This document shows, one piece after another, positions 6,078 to 9,017 of a stretch of DNA of 9,017 nt. The stretch lies in the IMG/VR virus record IMGVR_UViG_2693429549_000020, positions 1-9,017 of that record; one strand, 5' to 3'. Position 1 is the stretch's first letter. Every line of letters begins with the position of its first letter. The notes below the pieces were generated by a model that searched no databases, had not been told where the DNA came from, and saw nothing but the letters and a program-made list of their open reading frames with translations. Made by a program: the position numbers and the translations under genes. The DNA is from a virus (taxonomy: Duplodnaviria > Heunggongvirae > Uroviricota > Caudoviricetes).

Positions 6078-6335
6078 ATGCACACATCAGGAAAATTTAA
6101 CAATCAGAAGAAATCACATAACCGCGCCATTGACCTTACAGAGCACTGGCTGAGGGTGGCGATAAAAATCATCGACCGCAACGCGGGAGAAGGATACGCG
6201 AAAGCACATCCTGAACTGATAAGCGCATTCATGACCACGGCGGCAGCAAACTTTGCCACGCTGACAGAACGGGAGATTGCCGAAGCGGAACAGGTGACAA
6301 CCATCAATGTTAAAACCGGAGAGCAGACAGCATGA
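6078..6335 (+). CDS. Hypothetical protein (85 aa), first gene of the ssb operon
   Basis: ATG at 6078 with SD GAGGGGG upstream. Its stop overlaps the ssb start (ATGA at 6332-6335). No recognisable motif. Confidence 0.55.
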   Translation: MHTSGKFNNQKKSHNRAIDLTEHWLRVAIKIIDRNAGEGYAKAHPELISAFMTTAAANFATLTEREIAEAEQVTTINVKTGEQTA

Positions 6336-6754
6336 CAGCACAGATAGCGGCTTACGGGCGGCTGGTGGCTGACCCGCAGTTAAAGACCACCAGCAAAGGG
6401 ACACAAATGGCGATGGCGAGTATGGCGGTTCCCCTGCCGTGCAGCCAGGCAGATGACGGAACGGCGACGATGTGGTTATCTGTCCTGGCGTTTGGCAGAC
6501 AGGCCGACGCACTGGCAAAGCACCACAAAGGCGAACTGGTGAGCGTGGCGGGTAACATGCAGGTAAGCCAGTGGACAGGCCAGAACGGCGAAACGCGGCA
6601 GGGCTGGCAGGTTATCGCAGACAGCGTAATCAGTGCGAGAACGGCGCGACCGGGCGGCAAAAAAGGCCAACAGGGGCAGGCTACTGATGCACTGAGCAGA
6701 GCAAAACAACAGGCGGGAAATGATGATCCGTACGGGGATAACATACCGTTTTAA
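6332..6754 (+). CDS. ssb: Single-stranded DNA-binding protein (SSB-like OB fold with acidic C-terminal tip)
   Basis: 140-aa product. The N-terminal region follows the E. coli SSB pattern (YGRLVADPQLK ... WLSVLAFGRQADALAKHHKGELVSVAGNMQVSQWTGQNGETRQGWQV). There is a Gly/Gln-rich linker and a C-terminus DDPYGDNIPF resembling the SSB DDDIPF tail. Confidence 0.8.
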   Translation: MTAQIAAYGRLVADPQLKTTSKGTQMAMASMAVPLPCSQADDGTATMWLSVLAFGRQADALAKHHKGELVSVAGNMQVSQWTGQNGETRQGWQVIADSVISARTARPGGKKGQQGQATDALSRAKQQAGNDDPYGDNIPF

Positions 6755-6769
6755 GCAACGAGTAACAGA

Positions 6770-6796
6770 AGCCGGAGCAATCCGGCTTTGTTGTGT
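6770..6796 (+). terminator. Intrinsic terminator after ssb
   Basis: 7-bp stem AGCCGGA (6770-6776) / TCCGGCT (6781-6787), loop GCAA, followed by the T-rich TTGTTGTGTCTG. Confidence 0.7.
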
Positions 6797-6894
6797 CTGA
6801 ATCTGATTAATCTGTTTTTATGATAGAAATATATTTATCTACCACTTTTATCGATCAATAATGTGCACAGTTTAGTCAGTAAGAGGAAGTTACT

Positions 6895-7104
6895 GTGAGT
6901 TGTATTAATGACCTGAACACGGGCGATATCAGGGGTGGTTCCGTTCATCTGGATGCGCAGACCGTTATGCGCCTTAAGCAGTACAGGATCGACCATATAA
7001 ATCATCATCCTGACCAACCATTACCAGGTGTGGCGCAGATTGTCAGACACGCAGTTAACGCGTGGCTTGATAAGAATAGTTTTGCATCTGGGGGTGAGCA
7101 ATGA
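6895..7104 (+). CDS. Small RHH-like protein (69 aa), coupled to the protease-capsid gene
   Basis: GTG start at 6895 with SD AAGAGGA 7 nt upstream. The product has a beta/helix/helix-like layout (GGSVHLDAQTVMRLKQYRIDH ... GVAQIVRHAVNAWLDK). Its stop overlaps the next start (ATGA at 7101-7104). A candidate -10 TATGAT at 6819-6824 lies upstream. Confidence 0.5.
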   Translation: MSCINDLNTGDIRGGSVHLDAQTVMRLKQYRIDHINHHPDQPLPGVAQIVRHAVNAWLDKNSFASGGEQ

Positions 7105-9017
7105 ATCGCTGGTACACCATTAAAGCGGCGGATGTTCGCGGAACGGCGGAGATATCCATCTATGAGGAAATTGGTGGCTTTGGTATTACCGCGAAGCAGT
7201 TCACGGAAGACCTGAAAGCCCTTGGCGATGTTTCACATATCAATCTGAGGATCCATTCACCAGGTGGCGACGTGTTTGAAGGTATCGCCATCTATAACCT
7301 GCTACGGAATCATCCGGCAGACATTACGGTTTATATCGATGGCGTGGCGGCTTCAATGGCTTCGGTCGTCGCAATGGCTGGCGATCGCGTTGTTATGCCG
7401 GAGAACGCCATGATGATGATCCATAAGCCGTGGGGTATCTCTGGCGGAAATGCTGGCGATATGCGTGATTATGCTGATTTGCTGGATAAGGTGGAAACCG
7501 TGTTAATCCCTGCTTATGCCAGAAAAACGGGCAAATCAGCACAGGAAATTGCCACCATGCTGGAAGATGAAACCTGGATGGATGGGAAAGAATGCCTTAA
7601 GCACGGTTTTGCTGATGAATTGTTGCCATCTGTCAGAGCAATGGCGCGAATTGAATCGAAACGTACAGGAGATTTTTTACATATGCCGGAAACCATTAAG
7701 GGAATGATTACCCCGCCGAAATCACAGGCAAAAAACACCATTACAGGCGACCAGGAGCGCATTAACGGCATTAAAGAAATTTTTAGCGTGTTCGGCAACC
7801 AGTACGACGGGATCAAAATGTCGTGCCTTGAAGATGCGTCCTGTACGCTGGAAATGGCCCGTGAACGCCTGCTTAACGAAATGGGTAAGAACCACACACC
7901 AACCAATAAAAATATTCCGTCTCATATCTATGCCGGAAACGGGAACATAACAGGCGATGCGATTCGCCAAGGGCTTTATTCCCGTCTTGGGTATGAGCGT
8001 CCTGAGCGGGGAAATCCTTACGCGATGATGAGCCTTTTTGAAATGGCCCAGGCATCACTAACTGATCGTGGTATCACTGTGAACGGTTTTATTAATCGCT
8101 CGCAGGTTGTTAATGCGGCTTTTACACACAGCAGCAGCGATTTTTCTCATATTCTGGCTGGTGGGGCTGAAAAATCTGTACTGAAAGGCTGGCAGGACAG
8201 CGGCGAAACGTTCCAGAAATGGACGCGTACCGGATCGCTTTCAAACTTTCATGAAGCAAAGCGCGTTGGTCTGAATGGTTTTTCAAAGCTGGATAAAGTA
8301 CCGGAAGGCGCGGAATATAAATACATCACCACCAGCGATAAAGGTGTGCCTATTGCGCTGGCCACGTACGGGAATATTTTTTCCGTTACCCGTCAGGCCA
8401 TTATCAACGATGACCTGACCCAGTTAACTACAATCCCCATGGCGATGGGGCGTGCAGCCGCCAGAACAGTAGGTAATCTGGTGTATCTCCTGTTAACCGG
8501 CAATGGCAAATTCACGGATGGTAAGGCGCTATTCCATGCCGATCATAAAAATCTTATTGCGAAGGATATGGACATGGAGGGGCTTAACGAAGCCCGTAAG
8601 CTGATGCGCCTCCAGGAGGACGCTAACGGTGATTCGCTGAATATTACCCCCGCATTTGTCCTGGTCCCCGCCGCGCTGGAGTCTGCCGCACATCGCGCCA
8701 TTCTGTCATCGTCATCACTCTTTCCGGTTGATGGTGAGGGCACTATCAATCAGAACCCCGGCATCATTAACGTGGTGAAAGATATGGCAGAAGTAATTGT
8801 TGAGCCACGTCTTGATAAGGCCAATAGCAAGGAATGGTATGTAGCCGCAGCTAAGGGGATGGACACGATAGAGGTCGCTTATCTTGACGGTATTGATACG
8901 CCATATCTTGAGGAGCAGGAGGGTTTTACTGTTGATGGTGTCGCATGGAAGGTGCGCATTGATGCAGGTGTCGCGGCCCTCGACTATCGCGGATTACTGA
9001 AATCGAGTGGAGCATGA
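7101..9017 (+). CDS. ClpP-like prohead (head-maturation) serine protease fused to a probable major capsid protein
   Basis: 638-aa ORF ending with TGA at the window edge. The N-terminal ~190 aa match ClpP-family signatures (IHSPGGDVFEGIAIYNLL, GVAASMASVVAMAGD with the catalytic Ser, MMMIHKPWG with the catalytic His). The C-terminal ~400 aa are assigned as capsid by size and context (inference). An internal in-frame ATG at 7683 with SD CAGGAG sits at the domain boundary. Confidence 0.8.
   Translation: MNRWYTIKAADVRGTAEISIYEEIGGFGITAKQFTEDLKALGDVSHINLRIHSPGGDVFEGIAIYNLLRNHPADITVYIDGVAASMASVVAMAGDRVVMPENAMMMIHKPWGISGGNAGDMRDYADLLDKVETVLIPAYARKTGKSAQEIATMLEDETWMDGKECLKHGFADELLPSVRAMARIESKRTGDFLHMPETIKGMITPPKSQAKNTITGDQERINGIKEIFSVFGNQYDGIKMSCLEDASCTLEMARERLLNEMGKNHTPTNKNIPSHIYAGNGNITGDAIRQGLYSRLGYERPERGNPYAMMSLFEMAQASLTDRGITVNGFINRSQVVNAAFTHSSSDFSHILAGGAEKSVLKGWQDSGETFQKWTRTGSLSNFHEAKRVGLNGFSKLDKVPEGAEYKYITTSDKGVPIALATYGNIFSVTRQAIINDDLTQLTTIPMAMGRAAARTVGNLVYLLLTGNGKFTDGKALFHADHKNLIAKDMDMEGLNEARKLMRLQEDANGDSLNITPAFVLVPAALESAAHRAILSSSSLFPVDGEGTINQNPGIINVVKDMAEVIVEPRLDKANSKEWYVAAAKGMDTIEVAYLDGIDTPYLEEQEGFTVDGVAWKVRIDAGVAALDYRGLLKSSGA

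Noticed and set aside
6104-6744. Minus-strand ORFs of 67, 134, 130 and 77 aa
   Set aside because: Antisense to orf85/ssb; Cys/Pro-rich products; no signals.
6836-6843. Single iteron-like octamer TATCTACC upstream of the late small ORF
   Set aside because: One isolated 8-mer could be chance; not enough to call a second origin or binding site.
7514-8749. Internal and antisense ORFs within the protease-capsid gene
   Set aside because: Embedded in a gene with clear ClpP motifs. The separate in-frame ATG at 7683 is kept only as a possible internal start.

Overview
This window reads as the integrase-proximal ~9 kb of an integrated phage-satellite-type mobile element (P4 / PICI-like, probably capsid-forming). 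Gene order, left to right: tyrosine integrase (1-1239); AlpA-family regulator (1649-1858); a small RHH-regulator pair on the minus strand (1970-2392); two tandem copies of a module made of a hairpin-T7 terminator, a structured leader and a small Icd-like ORF (about 2683-3530); two small ORFs translationally coupled to a 582-aa SF3-helicase/primase-type replication protein (4040-5788); an iteron-rich putative origin (5801-6033); a small ORF plus an SSB-like gene (6078-6754); an intrinsic terminator; and a small RHH-like ORF coupled to a 638-aa ClpP-like prohead protease fused to a probable major capsid protein (7101-9017). The most interesting signal is the duplicated leader module: in each copy a short segment is perfectly complementary to the Shine-Dalgarno region of the downstream ORF, with different sequences but the same 69-nt spacing, which is the logic of P4 CI-RNA / P1 c4-RNA immunity. 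No tRNA, CRISPR array or IS element was seen. All functional calls rest on motif recognition by eye; no database search was possible.
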